Shown: in pieces, positions 1 to 11,588 of the stretch
Numbering within the stretch: the first letter of the stretch is position 1
How the letters are laid out: each line of letters starts with the position of its first letter
Virus record (IMG/VR): IMGVR_UViG_3300035698_012962
Span: 64,001 to 128,000 of that record
Strand: one strand, 5' to 3'
Source of the DNA: a virus
DNA: 64,000 nt
Translations under genes and position numbers: made by a program
Notes under the pieces: generated by a model
Told to the model about the DNA's origin: nothing
Databases searched by the model: none
The model's input: the letters and a program-made list of their open reading frames with translations, nothing else

Positions 1-991
1 GTCTACCTTCTAAATCACCACCTAATTTAACCATATTGTATACTAGGGCGTGATTTGCAATATCAGTATCACCACTTGTCCATCCACCTGAAGGAACTAA
101 CACAGGAGCAACTTGCTCTACTCCATCAATATCTGCAACAGACCCTATTTTATCATGCATTGCAGTTGGATTAAGAATAATAATACCATGATCAGGATAA
201 AATAATCCAAATCCTCTACCAGCAGAATCAGTTGTATTTAAAACCACTGAATCGTTTTGTGTACCAAGTAATAAGTTTCCTTCTACGATATTAAATACTT
301 TACCACTTACACCCAATTCATTTTCAAATTTCATTCCGCTATCATCAATAAATTCAAAACTTCCTGATGAACCTGAAATCATTAATGATATATTACCCGG
401 ATCAACTCTTTCTCTGTATCTAGATCTTGATATATTGATAACATAAATATCATCAGAATCATACTCACCTAAGAACGTAAACTTATCATCTACTGGTTGT
501 AATAATAATGATTTATATTGACCATACGTAGTTCTAGTTGGAAATAATGCATCATCGTTAAAATTTAATGGTACAGAACCACTACCCACGCTATGTCCGT
601 ATGCTACTGATAATTGTGTTTCTGCTCCGTCATCATAAGAACCATCACCTTCATTTGGATTTGCTTGATATACGTTCCAATAATATTTACCTGAAACGGA
701 ACCTGTTTGTTCGGATGATGTGAAAAATGTTTCCAATGATCCTCTTCCACCACTCCATAATCCAGTAGTTACTACTTCTTGTCTACCTTCTACTTTATCG
801 AACTCATTAAATCGTTTGTAAATACCTGAAGCAGAAACACCAGAAACAGTTGTTAATTCATCTGCACCTTGTAGGTACTCATTAATAAGATTTTGTAATT
901 GAGCAGATGATAAATCACCTCCTGCTGAATCTAAATATTGTTGAAGTCTTGATGATAGGGATGCTCCCTGTTCTCCTGTTATTCTTGCCAT
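1..991 (-). CDS. Virion structural protein (partial, runs off the window start)
   Basis: Not in the ORF track. Open frame from ATG at 991 (MARITGEQGASLSSRLQQYLD...VTTGLWSGG...AYGH...YRERVDPGN), directly downstream of the structural cluster. Confidence 0.7.
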   Translation of the reverse strand, partial: MARITGEQGASLSSRLQQYLDSAGGDLSSAQLQNLINEYLQGADELTTVSGVSASGIYKRFNEFDKVEGRQEVVTTGLWSGGRGSLETFFTSSEQTGSVSGKYYWNVYQANPNEGDGSYDDGAETQLSVAYGHSVGSGSVPLNFNDDALFPTRTTYGQYKSLLLQPVDDKFTFLGEYDSDDIYVINISRSRYRERVDPGNISLMISGSSGSFEFIDDSGMKFENELGVSGKVFNIVEGNLLLGTQNDSVVLNTTDSAGRGFGLFYPDHGIIILNPTAMHDKIGSVADIDGVEQVAPVLVPSGGWTSGDTDIANHALVYNMVKLGGDLEGR

Positions 992-999
992 AATTAATT

Positions 1000-1632
1000 T
1001 TAGTTATTTTCTATATAATTTATTGTTATTGGAATAGTTACAGAACCTCCTGTTTCGTTTCCATAAACTGTTAAAGTAGTTTGTTTTGTCTTTGTGATAG
1101 ATGGGTTTGGAATAAATCTAAATTCTAAACCTGTCGTTACCTGTGCAGTTGAAGTAACTTCATCACCTAAAAATATTGGTGTAGTTCCTGCGGAAACATC
1201 TAATCCTTCACCTATGATAGTACCTACTTCTTTATTTGCTAGAACTGCGGTATAGCCAGCTGTTCTATTTCTTGTTGGATTAGTAGATGGTGTTAGTGCA
1301 ACTTCGCCAGAATTTTGATTTACTGTAATACTTTCTACACCTAATGTTACAATAGGAATTCTTGTTGTATTTTTTGGTAAAGTTACTAATTTATTTCTCA
1401 ATGATTGTGTTTCTATTGGAGATGCTTCTAAGATAGGTGTGGCTTTGATTGCTGCATCATAAAACGCTGAACCTTTTGGATGGGCTGGTTCATATAAAGT
1501 GTAATCAATTTCATCATCACTCAATGCGAATTGTGTAATTTCAATTCCCAATCCAGTTGCCAATCTCTCTCTTCCTTTTTTTGTAAGGATGGCATCTACT
1601 ATAATTTCTCCGTTTCCGTTTATATATCCCAT
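1000..1632 (-). CDS. Putative tail/baseplate structural protein
   Basis: DAILTKKGRERLA...ITQFALSDDEIDY N-terminus, recalled from large-myovirus structural clusters; late-type motif upstream at 1665-1672. Confidence 0.55.
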   Translation of the reverse strand: MGYINGNGEIIVDAILTKKGRERLATGLGIEITQFALSDDEIDYTLYEPAHPKGSAFYDAAIKATPILEASPIETQSLRNKLVTLPKNTTRIPIVTLGVESITVNQNSGEVALTPSTNPTRNRTAGYTAVLANKEVGTIIGEGLDVSAGTTPIFLGDEVTSTAQVTTGLEFRFIPNPSITKTKQTTLTVYGNETGGSVTIPITINYIENN

Positions 1633-1714
1633 ATCGTTGTTGTAATTTAATTAGTTGTATATACTATAAGTATAATAATTTTTAATTTTGATAATAATTT
1701 ACCATTTATATTTT

Positions 1715-4700
1715 TTATTCATCACTTACTATCAAGATTGGTTCTCCACTTCCACGTTCTGAATCACTTACACGTAACGTATTTGGATTAGTAACGAATA
1801 CTTCAACAGCAGTGGAACCATCTAATGTTGTTTCAGATGAATTGGTAGACCCCAAGTAATATGATCGTTCCAATCCAGTTGAAAGCCCATGTCTAAATTT
1901 ATAATGTGAATTTAAATATCCTTCAAGTGGTTTAATAGAAACAATACTTCCGTCTCCTGGTATTGAAGTTGGTGAAGAACCACTTACAGGTTGCGTGTTT
2001 AATTTATAAGAAAATTGCTCAACATCTACTAACTCACTACCACTTGGCATCAATACTATGTTTCTTTCTTTAAATAATTCTACATATAAACCTTCTCTTT
2101 TGATATTGTTAAATGAATCTCTGTATACTCTACTTACATAACCATTGTTACCAAATATTCCAAATCCTCCAACTGCTGGATTTTCAAATCCACCCATTCC
2201 AATTTGTGTCTGTGACCCAAATGCATCTACTTCACTTGTTATAGTTGGTGAAATAATACCATCAATTTCAGCAAATAAATTCTTATAATCACCTATCACA
2301 GTTGTTAAATCTTCTACATCTATTTTTGAAAGTAATTCTCTATAATCTACTTGTATTTCTGTAAAATCTTCTTCATTGATGATAGCTTCGTATGATGGAA
2401 GTGTAGTTAATATATTTACTTCTTCACTTGCATCAATTTCTACGTACCTCCCAATTTCTTCAGCAATAGTTTTAATAGTTTCACCCACTTCAACTTTCGC
2501 TTCATTTAAAGAAGATTCTGCTGTTGGTTTATCCCATCTTACTTTTGATCTTTCTAAAAAATGAGGTTCGATTAATAATCCTTTAGAGTATTTAGTTCTA
2601 GATGGTATTACATTCTCTACCATTTTGAATACAGACTTATCAATGTACCGTATTAGACGAATATACTCGTAGATATCCAAATTCAATCGTTGGAAATAAT
2701 ATTTTCTTATTTTTTTAAGTTCTTTGTAATCATCTCTGTACGTATCGGAAGGATCTCCAATATAATCATCAATATTAAAACTCCCGAATGATTTCACAAT
2801 ATCCATATTAACTTCTTTCATTGGAGAAAAGAATAACCCCAATCTATTTGAATCTACAGGCGCTCGATCAAATGATTTTTTTGTTGAGCGAGATTTAGAG
2901 GATAACTCACTTATAAGTTCGATATCTTCTATTCTTGTCTTATCACTGTATGTAAATCCTAACGATGGAATATCAGCGGTAACCGTTCTATCATATGTAA
3001 AATGAGAATATGGATATTCTGTAATAGAAGGGAATCCCACAGCGGTTCCGTATTCTCCATATGAGAAATTTGGAGAAACATTTTTAATTTCAGTATCTAT
3101 ACCTCTATTTTTAGGGTATTCAAAATCCATTCTAAATATTAAATCAATAGTAGAAGATTTAAATTGGTTCCCATCAATACTATCTGGAGATAATGTATGA
3201 TTATTAAATCTATCTTTATCTAATGGTACTTTCCATAATCTAAATTCATCTATATTACCAATAAAACCATCACCTATCTCAATTGTAGATGGAATACTTA
3301 CATCCCACATCGAATATTGAGTTGAAACAGAACCTGAACCATATGATTTTATTCTACCTTGATCTGCTTGCTGTCCATACACTGTAAATGTTTCATTTAA
3401 ACCAACCACTTCTCTATTTAACAATACAGAAAAATATTCATTATTGTATGCTAAAAATGGTTCGGATTGGAACGTTTCACTTCCTGATACTGATCCAGAT
3501 AGTGTATTTATTTCAAATTGTAAATATCCTAAATCTTCACTTCCTGTTGATGGTTCTAATGTCAAATTCCAATTAGTATCATATTGAACTAACGATTGTG
3601 AAGTTCTATTATCTGTTTTAACTCTTAATTCTATTCCGTTTGGTATACCATCTGTTACGTTGTATTCTTTCCAATCAACTTCTATTTTTGATGTACCATT
3701 AAATACTAAAGAAGCACTTAACTCATCATACGTAAATTGTGTTGTATTTGCATCGTTCGGATTTCTAGGACCTCCAAACTCTATAACAGTTAATAATGAT
3801 TGTGGAATCCCATATGTCGATAATATAGCGTGTATTGAACGTTTTGTTCCTTTATTTTTTAATAAATATGGAAGATTGTTTAATATACGTCTCCAAATTT
3901 GTTTTTGATAAGTAGAACCTGCAGAATTCTCCACTAATTGTTGTTCTGGATCAACTGCACCGAACGCAAGTTCCCAAAGTTGTTGTTTTGCTACTGAAGA
4001 GTTTAATTCCCAACCAAATGAAGACACCATATGATACACTAAATCATCAATGATACCATTATTCTTTTCAGCCTCAACAATTTTAGATTCTTTAATTGTA
4101 TTTATATACGACCACAAAATATCATAATGTTGCCCAATCATATCAAAGAATAATAAAAATTCTTCGTTATTTGTATCTATTTTAATATGGTTTGGTAAAT
4201 TATTGGATAGTTTGTTAGAATTATTCTTATCAAACTCTTTTGCAGATACTTCCATTCCATTATACCATGAAACAACTGTCGAATTGGTTGAATTTAACAA
4301 ATCACCATTTCCTTGTTTTGGATATGATAATGGATGAGTGTTATTATAGATGAAATTTTCAAACCCACTAAAACCACCTTTTATTTCATTTATTCTTGTA
4401 GTTAGACGTTTTACTTCATTATCTCTTTCAATACTTATACCAGTAACATTATCCTCTAACTCAGTTATCCGTTCCTCAACGCTCTCAATAACCTTTATTT
4501 TATACATTGAGTTAACAACTTGTTCTTCCGCAGATCCAAAATGTACAAAATTAGAGAATAAAATATCAGTATCATCTGCATATATAATTTCTAATTTTTG
4601 AGTATCAATGCCTGATTTATCAATGTACTTATTTATTAATTCAGTAGAAGATACCGAACCACTACCAATGATATCGTTAAATATTTCATATCCAAATGAA

Positions 4701-6271
4701 TCTCCGCTTACTACATCAAAGTTTGCGGGTTTCAACTTCATACAAGATTCAGTTTGATGTTCTGTTTTAACAACTTGATCTATATAAGGAGTTGATTTTA
4801 TTTTAGATATCCATAATTGTGAATTAGGTGTTATATCTGTAGGAAGTGGTTCATATAATTTAAGAACTAATGATTCTTCTATTTCTCCATTTGTAGGTAT
4901 CTCATTTCCTAGTTCATCTAAAGTAAACTCTGTAAATGTTACATCATCGGTATCCCAATTTGAAATAAGTGTAAAATCATCATTGTCAAACGATGCAATA
5001 TGAGTCAAATGTTTAGAATTGTATTCATCAAATATAGATAAATCTAATCTACGTTTGATCGTTTCATACATTCGATCTTCTGCTTCCTTACGTGTTAATT
5101 GTAATGGTGAACTTTCATACGTTATTTGAACGGTTTGTTGTTCACCTATACGATTACCATCTTTAGGTAAAAATTTAACCCAAAATGAAAAATCACTAGT
5201 ATTATTTGGATTTATAGAAAATCCTTTGTTCATTAAATCTTGAATATTGAAATTTAATGTATGTTGTGTACCAAATGTACCAAATTGTTTAAACTCTCTA
5301 CCTATACTAACATCTACAGTAGTTGCATGTTGTGAACTATATATTATTGAGAAATCAGTATTAAATCCTCTGTAATCGGCACCCATAATTTTATTTGGAT
5401 ATCTGATATTATCCATTATAGGTAATGGTGGAGGTGGCGGTGGTGGTGTAACCACAGGAGGTATCTCCGGCTCTGGTTCAGGTACTAAAGATGGTGGAAT
5501 ATATGGTGGTTTTGTATTTGGATCAATAGCATTAATAGTCAACCATCTATATCCGCCTGAAACATTAGGTTGTTCATTTCTATTTACCGCATTTAATAAT
5601 ACTTTGTGTTGCCCAATTCCATTTATAAAATCCGTTGATATAGTAATGTAATCTCCTTGTTTTACATTACTTTTACTATAGGTATGTTGTCCTTTTGGTT
5701 GATCAATTGGATTTGTAATATGAACTTGATCTGCTTTTGATAATTCCGTTAATTGGATTTTTAATTCTTGTCTATTCGTAATATCAAAATTAATCGAAGA
5801 TGGATTAATTTTTAGAGATGGTACATTAGATGAAGGTGGTGATTCTGCTTTTAAGGTGTTAAATTTAGCCACAGCCAATCTCGGTTGTATTATCCTACCA
5901 CTACTATCCAATTGATAAGCAGATGCCTCATACGTAGTATTTTGTTCTAATCCTACTAATGTATAGATACCTTTAGATCCTGTTCTATTGATACTATCAA
6001 TGATATCATTAGTTCCATCCTTTTTATATTGGATTTGGATATTTTTACTTGGAATATTATTAGTTGTATATTCTAAGTTAATAGAATTAGTAGTAGGTGA
6101 TTTAAATACTAACGAAGCAGTAGGTGTCGGTGGTGGTGGAGTGTTAAGTTCTAATTGAAAATCCAACACAATTTGAGCAGATCCATCGACATTACCAACT
6201 GGCACCTCTCTCCTTCCTATCTCATTACCATCTTTATTAAATGTTTGGACTAATATTTTTCCTAAACTCAT
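1715..6271 (-). CDS. Large baseplate/tail protein with FN3-like N-terminus, Pro-rich linkers, P2 gpI-like wedge segment and LamG/ConA-like domain
   Basis: 1518 aa; WRRILNNLPYLLKNKGTKRSIHAILSTYG (gpI/gp7-like wedge motif), FIGNIDEFRLWKVPL (LamG signature), poly-Pro linkers. Confidence 0.6.
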   Translation of the reverse strand: MSLGKILVQTFNKDGNEIGRREVPVGNVDGSAQIVLDFQLELNTPPPPTPTASLVFKSPTTNSINLEYTTNNIPSKNIQIQYKKDGTNDIIDSINRTGSKGIYTLVGLEQNTTYEASAYQLDSSGRIIQPRLAVAKFNTLKAESPPSSNVPSLKINPSSINFDITNRQELKIQLTELSKADQVHITNPIDQPKGQHTYSKSNVKQGDYITISTDFINGIGQHKVLLNAVNRNEQPNVSGGYRWLTINAIDPNTKPPYIPPSLVPEPEPEIPPVVTPPPPPPPLPIMDNIRYPNKIMGADYRGFNTDFSIIYSSQHATTVDVSIGREFKQFGTFGTQHTLNFNIQDLMNKGFSINPNNTSDFSFWVKFLPKDGNRIGEQQTVQITYESSPLQLTRKEAEDRMYETIKRRLDLSIFDEYNSKHLTHIASFDNDDFTLISNWDTDDVTFTEFTLDELGNEIPTNGEIEESLVLKLYEPLPTDITPNSQLWISKIKSTPYIDQVVKTEHQTESCMKLKPANFDVVSGDSFGYEIFNDIIGSGSVSSTELINKYIDKSGIDTQKLEIIYADDTDILFSNFVHFGSAEEQVVNSMYKIKVIESVEERITELEDNVTGISIERDNEVKRLTTRINEIKGGFSGFENFIYNNTHPLSYPKQGNGDLLNSTNSTVVSWYNGMEVSAKEFDKNNSNKLSNNLPNHIKIDTNNEEFLLFFDMIGQHYDILWSYINTIKESKIVEAEKNNGIIDDLVYHMVSSFGWELNSSVAKQQLWELAFGAVDPEQQLVENSAGSTYQKQIWRRILNNLPYLLKNKGTKRSIHAILSTYGIPQSLLTVIEFGGPRNPNDANTTQFTYDELSASLVFNGTSKIEVDWKEYNVTDGIPNGIELRVKTDNRTSQSLVQYDTNWNLTLEPSTGSEDLGYLQFEINTLSGSVSGSETFQSEPFLAYNNEYFSVLLNREVVGLNETFTVYGQQADQGRIKSYGSGSVSTQYSMWDVSIPSTIEIGDGFIGNIDEFRLWKVPLDKDRFNNHTLSPDSIDGNQFKSSTIDLIFRMDFEYPKNRGIDTEIKNVSPNFSYGEYGTAVGFPSITEYPYSHFTYDRTVTADIPSLGFTYSDKTRIEDIELISELSSKSRSTKKSFDRAPVDSNRLGLFFSPMKEVNMDIVKSFGSFNIDDYIGDPSDTYRDDYKELKKIRKYYFQRLNLDIYEYIRLIRYIDKSVFKMVENVIPSRTKYSKGLLIEPHFLERSKVRWDKPTAESSLNEAKVEVGETIKTIAEEIGRYVEIDASEEVNILTTLPSYEAIINEEDFTEIQVDYRELLSKIDVEDLTTVIGDYKNLFAEIDGIISPTITSEVDAFGSQTQIGMGGFENPAVGGFGIFGNNGYVSRVYRDSFNNIKREGLYVELFKERNIVLMPSGSELVDVEQFSYKLNTQPVSGSSPTSIPGDGSIVSIKPLEGYLNSHYKFRHGLSTGLERSYYLGSTNSSETTLDGSTAVEVFVTNPNTLRVSDSERGSGEPILIVSDE

Positions 6272-6720
6272 TTTACTTGTATATCACTGTTTATATTATC
6301 GTCTAATTCGGATGGATCGCTACCACCACCTCCACTTGTTCCACCACCGGACTTATTTGAAGGTTCGATGTAAGTCAATCTATAAGTAACATCGGGTGTA
6401 TATTTTTCCTTTCGCACTTCAGCAAGTGTACCATTTAATGAACGAATACTTATCGAATTTGTACCAATATTATTAGATATTTGTGTAGTTAAATTCCCTA
6501 CTTTTGCAGTATATCCTTTTTTATCTGTTTTAAATGTAATTGCTACTTTACCGATTGAATAAGTTGTACCACTACCACCACCGCCGCCTGAAGATCCCCC
6601 TGTACCACCACTTTGACTTTCATTACCTTCTCCGCTACCAGTTTCAATATCTGGATTACTATCCAGTCCCCGCTCATCGTTGGGAGAGTTAAAATTTAAA
6701 TTCGAATCTGCTGTTGCCAT
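6268..6720 (-). CDS. Gly/Ser-rich structural protein
   Basis: GGTGGSSGGGGGS tracts; ATGA overlap with the next gene; structural cluster. Confidence 0.5.
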   Translation of the reverse strand: MATADSNLNFNSPNDERGLDSNPDIETGSGEGNESQSGGTGGSSGGGGGSGTTYSIGKVAITFKTDKKGYTAKVGNLTTQISNNIGTNSISIRSLNGTLAEVRKEKYTPDVTYRLTYIEPSNKSGGGTSGGGGSDPSELDDNINSDIQVK

Positions 6721-6721
6721 A

Positions 6722-7600
6722 TTATATTTCTGTAAATGTTATTTCTGCCTTTTCTCTTATAGAAAATTTTGGAAGATGATAGTCAATACATTCTCTCATT
6801 TTTTGTAATGCTACATTATGAACGTTTAATGATATAGGTTCTTTTGTTGTTAATCTATTACCATATGTACTACTTCCTATTCTAGCATCTCTATGTTCTA
6901 TTATATAATTCATCACCTCTCTATAAGTATCTAAAATATCAATAAATGTTTTAGATAATTGTTGGGATGTAAAATACTGCTTTTTTAATTCATTTAAAAA
7001 CGAATTTCCATAATCATCTAATATTACTTTTTCTATATCATTAATATTAATTTTATCCAAATAAATCGGCATCATTTCTTTTATATCATCAAAAAACATT
7101 CCATTCTTTAAAAATGTTTCATATCGTTCTTTTAATTCCGCTTCACCTTCGGTATTATTTACTTTAATCGGTAGTACTCTTATCTCTGTTCTGGATGGAG
7201 ATACTTCATGAATCCACACCCTCATAGGTTGTTTATCAATTCCAACCCTATCATTAACTAACAAAACCTCTACTTTAAATATACCTGTGTTATACCCAGC
7301 TTCTTCTATTAACGCATCTACATCTAATTCATATTTAATAGTTTGGTTACTCCCTCTATCCGTATCCCTCACTTTTTTGAAATAAGTTGATAATTGGTTT
7401 GATGTTATGAAACGAACATTTCCATATTTCGTCTGGGGAAGTATATTATCATTTACATCATATAAAGAAAATCGAAGTACATCAGATGTACCACTTCCAT
7501 ATAAAGAAGGTTGTACTCCTTTTTCGTATACTTTACTATCTACATCATCAATAAAGTATCCTCTTTTATTTTCTATTTTTTTATATTTTTGTAATGACAT
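6722..7600 (-). CDS. Hypothetical virion protein
   Basis: 292 aa with WIHEVSPSRTEIRV motif; tightly packed in the baseplate operon. Confidence 0.5.
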   Translation of the reverse strand: MSLQKYKKIENKRGYFIDDVDSKVYEKGVQPSLYGSGTSDVLRFSLYDVNDNILPQTKYGNVRFITSNQLSTYFKKVRDTDRGSNQTIKYELDVDALIEEAGYNTGIFKVEVLLVNDRVGIDKQPMRVWIHEVSPSRTEIRVLPIKVNNTEGEAELKERYETFLKNGMFFDDIKEMMPIYLDKININDIEKVILDDYGNSFLNELKKQYFTSQQLSKTFIDILDTYREVMNYIIEHRDARIGSSTYGNRLTTKEPISLNVHNVALQKMRECIDYHLPKFSIREKAEITFTEI

Positions 7601-7603
7601 ATT

Positions 7604-8590
7604 TTATTTTGATTTTTTAATTATAGTTTCTATAGAAGAACGTTCTACATTGTTCACAAATATTAATAATTTACCTCTGTATGTTCGTGTTCCTCTAAAA
7701 CTTATTCCGTTTGCTGGTTTTAACTTACTGACTATTGAACCAATTGGTTCAAAGTTTAATGTTGTGCTCCCATTTGCAGGGACTATATAGGTAGGTTGAA
7801 ATCCTAACCATGCTCTCCAATTTTTAGAGTCTTCAATATGTTGAACTCTTATATGAACTGATTCTTTGTTATTATTCGTAATTGAAACAGAAAATGGTAT
7901 AGTTGGTTTGGTGTTTCTATTATCTGCACTAACTTCAAAAAGTCCGATCGGATCTATTTTTACTTTATTTAGAGAGAATTGATCTATCAAATCATCAATT
8001 GGATCATCTGTATCATCAGGCAGCGTTCCATCATCTGGCACATCAGGTAGATCAAATTCCGTATCAAATTTTGAATTTGTTAATATCTCTTTCATTTTAG
8101 AACTATCGCCAGATATACGTAATTCACTTTTTAACTCTTCAATTTCTTTATTTGTAATTTCAATCGCAACTCTAGCCACATCATTCTGAGCAGCAATTGA
8201 AACTTTATCAATACCATATTCAATTGCTTTTTGTATAGCTTCTTTTAATAACGTTTCTAACTTTAAAATTTCATTATTCAATATTTGAAGTTGTGAAATT
8301 GAATTGGTTTTACCTGTCATGCTTTCTTCCAATTCGATTTGAAGTTGTTCTATTGCGGAATTTAAATCTCCAATTTCTTGTTGTAATTGATCATCTTCAT
8401 TAACTAAATTATTTAACTCACCTCTTAAACTATCATTAGATAATAACTTTTCATTATATATTTCAGTTAAAACTAAATCAGAATTCACATTTGGAAAATT
8501 AGGCTTTAACTCTACTACATTCGTATCTATCGCCCTTTTAAGTTGTGATACGTCATATATAGGTTTTTCTAAATTAGTTTTAACATTCAT
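7604..8590 (-). CDS. Coiled-coil structural protein with C-terminal Ig-like beta domain
   Basis: Heptad-rich N-half, acidic linker, beta-rich C-terminus; paralogous N-terminus at 45400-46026. Confidence 0.5.
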   Translation of the reverse strand: MNVKTNLEKPIYDVSQLKRAIDTNVVELKPNFPNVNSDLVLTEIYNEKLLSNDSLRGELNNLVNEDDQLQQEIGDLNSAIEQLQIELEESMTGKTNSISQLQILNNEILKLETLLKEAIQKAIEYGIDKVSIAAQNDVARVAIEITNKEIEELKSELRISGDSSKMKEILTNSKFDTEFDLPDVPDDGTLPDDTDDPIDDLIDQFSLNKVKIDPIGLFEVSADNRNTKPTIPFSVSITNNNKESVHIRVQHIEDSKNWRAWLGFQPTYIVPANGSTTLNFEPIGSIVSKLKPANGISFRGTRTYRGKLLIFVNNVERSSIETIIKKSK

Positions 8591-8591
8591 T

Positions 8592-9575
8592 TTATTTTAC
8601 AACTTTAAATGTAAATTTATTTTTATAATATTTTGTATCGTTATTTATAATTGTTTTAATAACTAATTCGTATACTCTTCCACTTTCCCAATCATTAAAA
8701 TCTAATATAATGTAGTTTCCTTTTTCATCACAACTAACTTTAGAATAATCTGAAAATGGAATTATAGTATCTTTTGTGATAAAATCTTGAACAGAAAAGA
8801 ATGTTGATGTAGGTAAATATTTATTAACACTGAATCTAAAATACTCATCAAAATCTTTTATTGGGAATTGATCCCTTGCGTTTATTCTAATTGTATAAAT
8901 ATTATCTACTTTATATGAATCATCAAATAATATAACTATTCTACTTTCATCAATATCAACAGGTAGTAACGAACCAGTAACGTGAGTTTGGTCATCCCAC
9001 CCTATTCTCAATTTCGGTTGATGTATTGTGTGTGATTCTTTACTAAAGAATTTTAATACACCTGTTCCATTAGTAGATGTTTCACCAAACTCATCAAATT
9101 TAATTAAAAATCCATCGTTAATAATTGAACCACTTATTACTTCACCAACTAATGGTAAAATATCTAATGCTAAATCTGCAGTGGAATATTCAAATGTATG
9201 AGATCCGGAAATGCTTGAATAATAATCACTTCCACTTTCTGCCCATTGTACATTTTCACTTTTTTCACTCCAATTAACACCTGTTATATCATTTTGTTCT
9301 AATTTTTTACCAATTCCCATATCCCAACTTCCAGATACTAAATATCCTTCGATGGAATAATCTAATGGTATTTCGGTACTTTCCGTTTCAGATAACAATA
9401 AAGTAGCTTCTTCTATATTATTGATATCTTCTAAATTAAAATGAATAAGAATCCTGCTTACACCACCTTCATAGTGAGTACTCCCTATCTCTAATATAGA
9501 ATCTAACCCAGTGTTTGTATTAGGGTTATTTTGATATATAGTAGCATCTTTTGTTGATTTTAATAATTTATACAT
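8592..9575 (-). CDS. DNRLRE/CBM96-like domain virion protein
   Basis: KDATIY...NTGLDSILEIG...SRILIHF...FFSKES...PKL pattern. Confidence 0.55.
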   Translation of the reverse strand: MYKLLKSTKDATIYQNNPNTNTGLDSILEIGSTHYEGGVSRILIHFNLEDINNIEEATLLLSETESTEIPLDYSIEGYLVSGSWDMGIGKKLEQNDITGVNWSEKSENVQWAESGSDYYSSISGSHTFEYSTADLALDILPLVGEVISGSIINDGFLIKFDEFGETSTNGTGVLKFFSKESHTIHQPKLRIGWDDQTHVTGSLLPVDIDESRIVILFDDSYKVDNIYTIRINARDQFPIKDFDEYFRFSVNKYLPTSTFFSVQDFITKDTIIPFSDYSKVSCDEKGNYIILDFNDWESGRVYELVIKTIINNDTKYYKNKFTFKVVK

Positions 9576-11587
9576 TATAGTACTCGTCCTCGGATATCTT
9601 GGTTTGGGTATTTCAATTCAAACACACATGGATCTAATGAAGGGTAAATCATGCGGTTCTGTGTAGAATCTTTAATATTATATGAGTTAGGTGAATATAC
9701 ACCCCCACATTTATTTTTAATTTCTAAAGATGGAACAGCTGATACACCTTCTATTCTTGCTATCAATACTTCTATTTCACTTAAATTTATCGGCATGTTA
9801 AATGTCCAGTTATCAATATTGAAATAATCTTTTAGTTCTTCAATGGCCTCTAATAATACTTCTCTTTTATTATAGTTTGGATATACAATAATATCAAATT
9901 CTACTCCGATGTTTACGATAAACCCATCAGTAATATTAACACCATCTGTTAGCATTCGATATTCATTTAAATATGTTTTTAAATTTTGCTTGATTGCGGG
10001 ATTAATATTTGTTAAATTTTGATTAGAATCATAACCTAAAACATATAAGTTAACGGCAAACGGATTGTTTTTTTCATCATAGTTATTTTTCTTTCCAACT
10101 AAAAAGTTCTTAACACTTTCTTTCACTTCATTCTTATCTATATCAACGCGAGATGAATATTCCAATATCAAATTAGAAAATTCTTCTAATGAAGAAGGGG
10201 TAGATAGAATAGAAGCAGGTGAATTATTATCCAATTCTCCGTCTGCAGTAGCGTATGCCTTTGTTACACTTCCATATTTTGGTGGAAGTGATAATGTTCG
10301 AACTATATAATCTTTTTTAGTTACTGCTCTGTTCTGTGCTCCAAAATTTGCTAAAGAGTTTTCTCTTATTTCCTCTAATGATTCAGCTCCTCTCCCACCA
10401 ACTGCTGGTACTTCATTTTCAACTGCCACTGAAGATTGAATGGATGTTACTAATTGAACTTGTTGTGGAGATAACGTAGAAAAGTCCACATCAAATTCTA
10501 TATTCACGATTCTAGTCAGATCACCTACTGCTACGTTTGTTTCTAAACCACCTCCTTTAAGATATTTAATTGTTAATGTTGTGTTCGCAGGCGATAGACC
10601 GTATGATCGTGTTTTTAAAAAGTTTGTAGGATCGAATGAATCATTTACCCTACTGATTGAATTTCTTGAACCAAGACCTACATTTTTAAAGTTGGGAACT
10701 AATAATTCATCTCTATTTTCTGGGTTTCCTACTCCAAATGTCAATGTAGTTGTATTATTTTCATTAACCTTTGTTACAAATCTTCTTGGTGTTTTTAATA
10801 ATTTTAAAACGTATGGTACTGAATTTTTATACTGTGATAATGAAGGATCGTTTATCTCTGTATTAGGATAATCTATATATATCATTTCTTGTGCTAAATA
10901 CGGAACTTCATACCATTTTGTTCCATTTTCATCCCTAACATCTTCTATTGAGATAACATTTGTATCTGTTAAATTAATCGTATTAAATGGTGTTGGTGAA
11001 CCAAAATCAAATGATCTAGTTTCAACTGTAGCTGATATCGCATCTATGTATTTTTTAACCAAATAAAACTCTGGCACATCAGTTGTTTCATTAGTTTGAT
11101 ACACAGAAATCTCTCTGTCATATTCAACTGAAAAATCTAGCGATTCAGTAGTAACAAATCGAAGTTCGGAATTAGATTGTGATTCCACTTCCATTCCAGG
11201 TTTAATCTTTATAAAATATCGTTCATCAGGTACGTATTCTCCACTCTTTTCAATAGATGGTACTAACTGATATACCGTTAGTGTCGTTATTGCAGGTGAA
11301 GTTACTTTTGGTTTATATCCTAAGTATTGCGCTAATGATAAAACATTTCGCTTATCTTGTGCGTGAACCATTAATGATTCTTTTAATGTATCGTCAATAT
11401 AATATGATAGTACATCACCTACATAAGAACTCATTTCAATAAATAACATTCCCGGTGATGATTCATTAAAATCCGAAAATGTTTTTGGAAAGTATGTTTT
11501 AGAAAAATCAATAAGTTGTTCTCTAAAAGATGAAAAATCTTTATTTAAGTATTGAATATTTCGTTTTTGTATTTTTGGTGTTGCCAT
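9575..11587 (-). CDS. Baseplate wedge subunit (T4 gp6 / baseplate J-like)
   Basis: YLNKDFSSFR...DFNESSPGMLFIE...GDVLSYY, GGRGAESLEEIR, QNRAVTKKDY motifs. Confidence 0.85.
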   Translation of the reverse strand: MATPKIQKRNIQYLNKDFSSFREQLIDFSKTYFPKTFSDFNESSPGMLFIEMSSYVGDVLSYYIDDTLKESLMVHAQDKRNVLSLAQYLGYKPKVTSPAITTLTVYQLVPSIEKSGEYVPDERYFIKIKPGMEVESQSNSELRFVTTESLDFSVEYDREISVYQTNETTDVPEFYLVKKYIDAISATVETRSFDFGSPTPFNTINLTDTNVISIEDVRDENGTKWYEVPYLAQEMIYIDYPNTEINDPSLSQYKNSVPYVLKLLKTPRRFVTKVNENNTTTLTFGVGNPENRDELLVPNFKNVGLGSRNSISRVNDSFDPTNFLKTRSYGLSPANTTLTIKYLKGGGLETNVAVGDLTRIVNIEFDVDFSTLSPQQVQLVTSIQSSVAVENEVPAVGGRGAESLEEIRENSLANFGAQNRAVTKKDYIVRTLSLPPKYGSVTKAYATADGELDNNSPASILSTPSSLEEFSNLILEYSSRVDIDKNEVKESVKNFLVGKKNNYDEKNNPFAVNLYVLGYDSNQNLTNINPAIKQNLKTYLNEYRMLTDGVNITDGFIVNIGVEFDIIVYPNYNKREVLLEAIEELKDYFNIDNWTFNMPINLSEIEVLIARIEGVSAVPSLEIKNKCGGVYSPNSYNIKDSTQNRMIYPSLDPCVFELKYPNQDIRGRVL

Positions 11588-11588
11588 A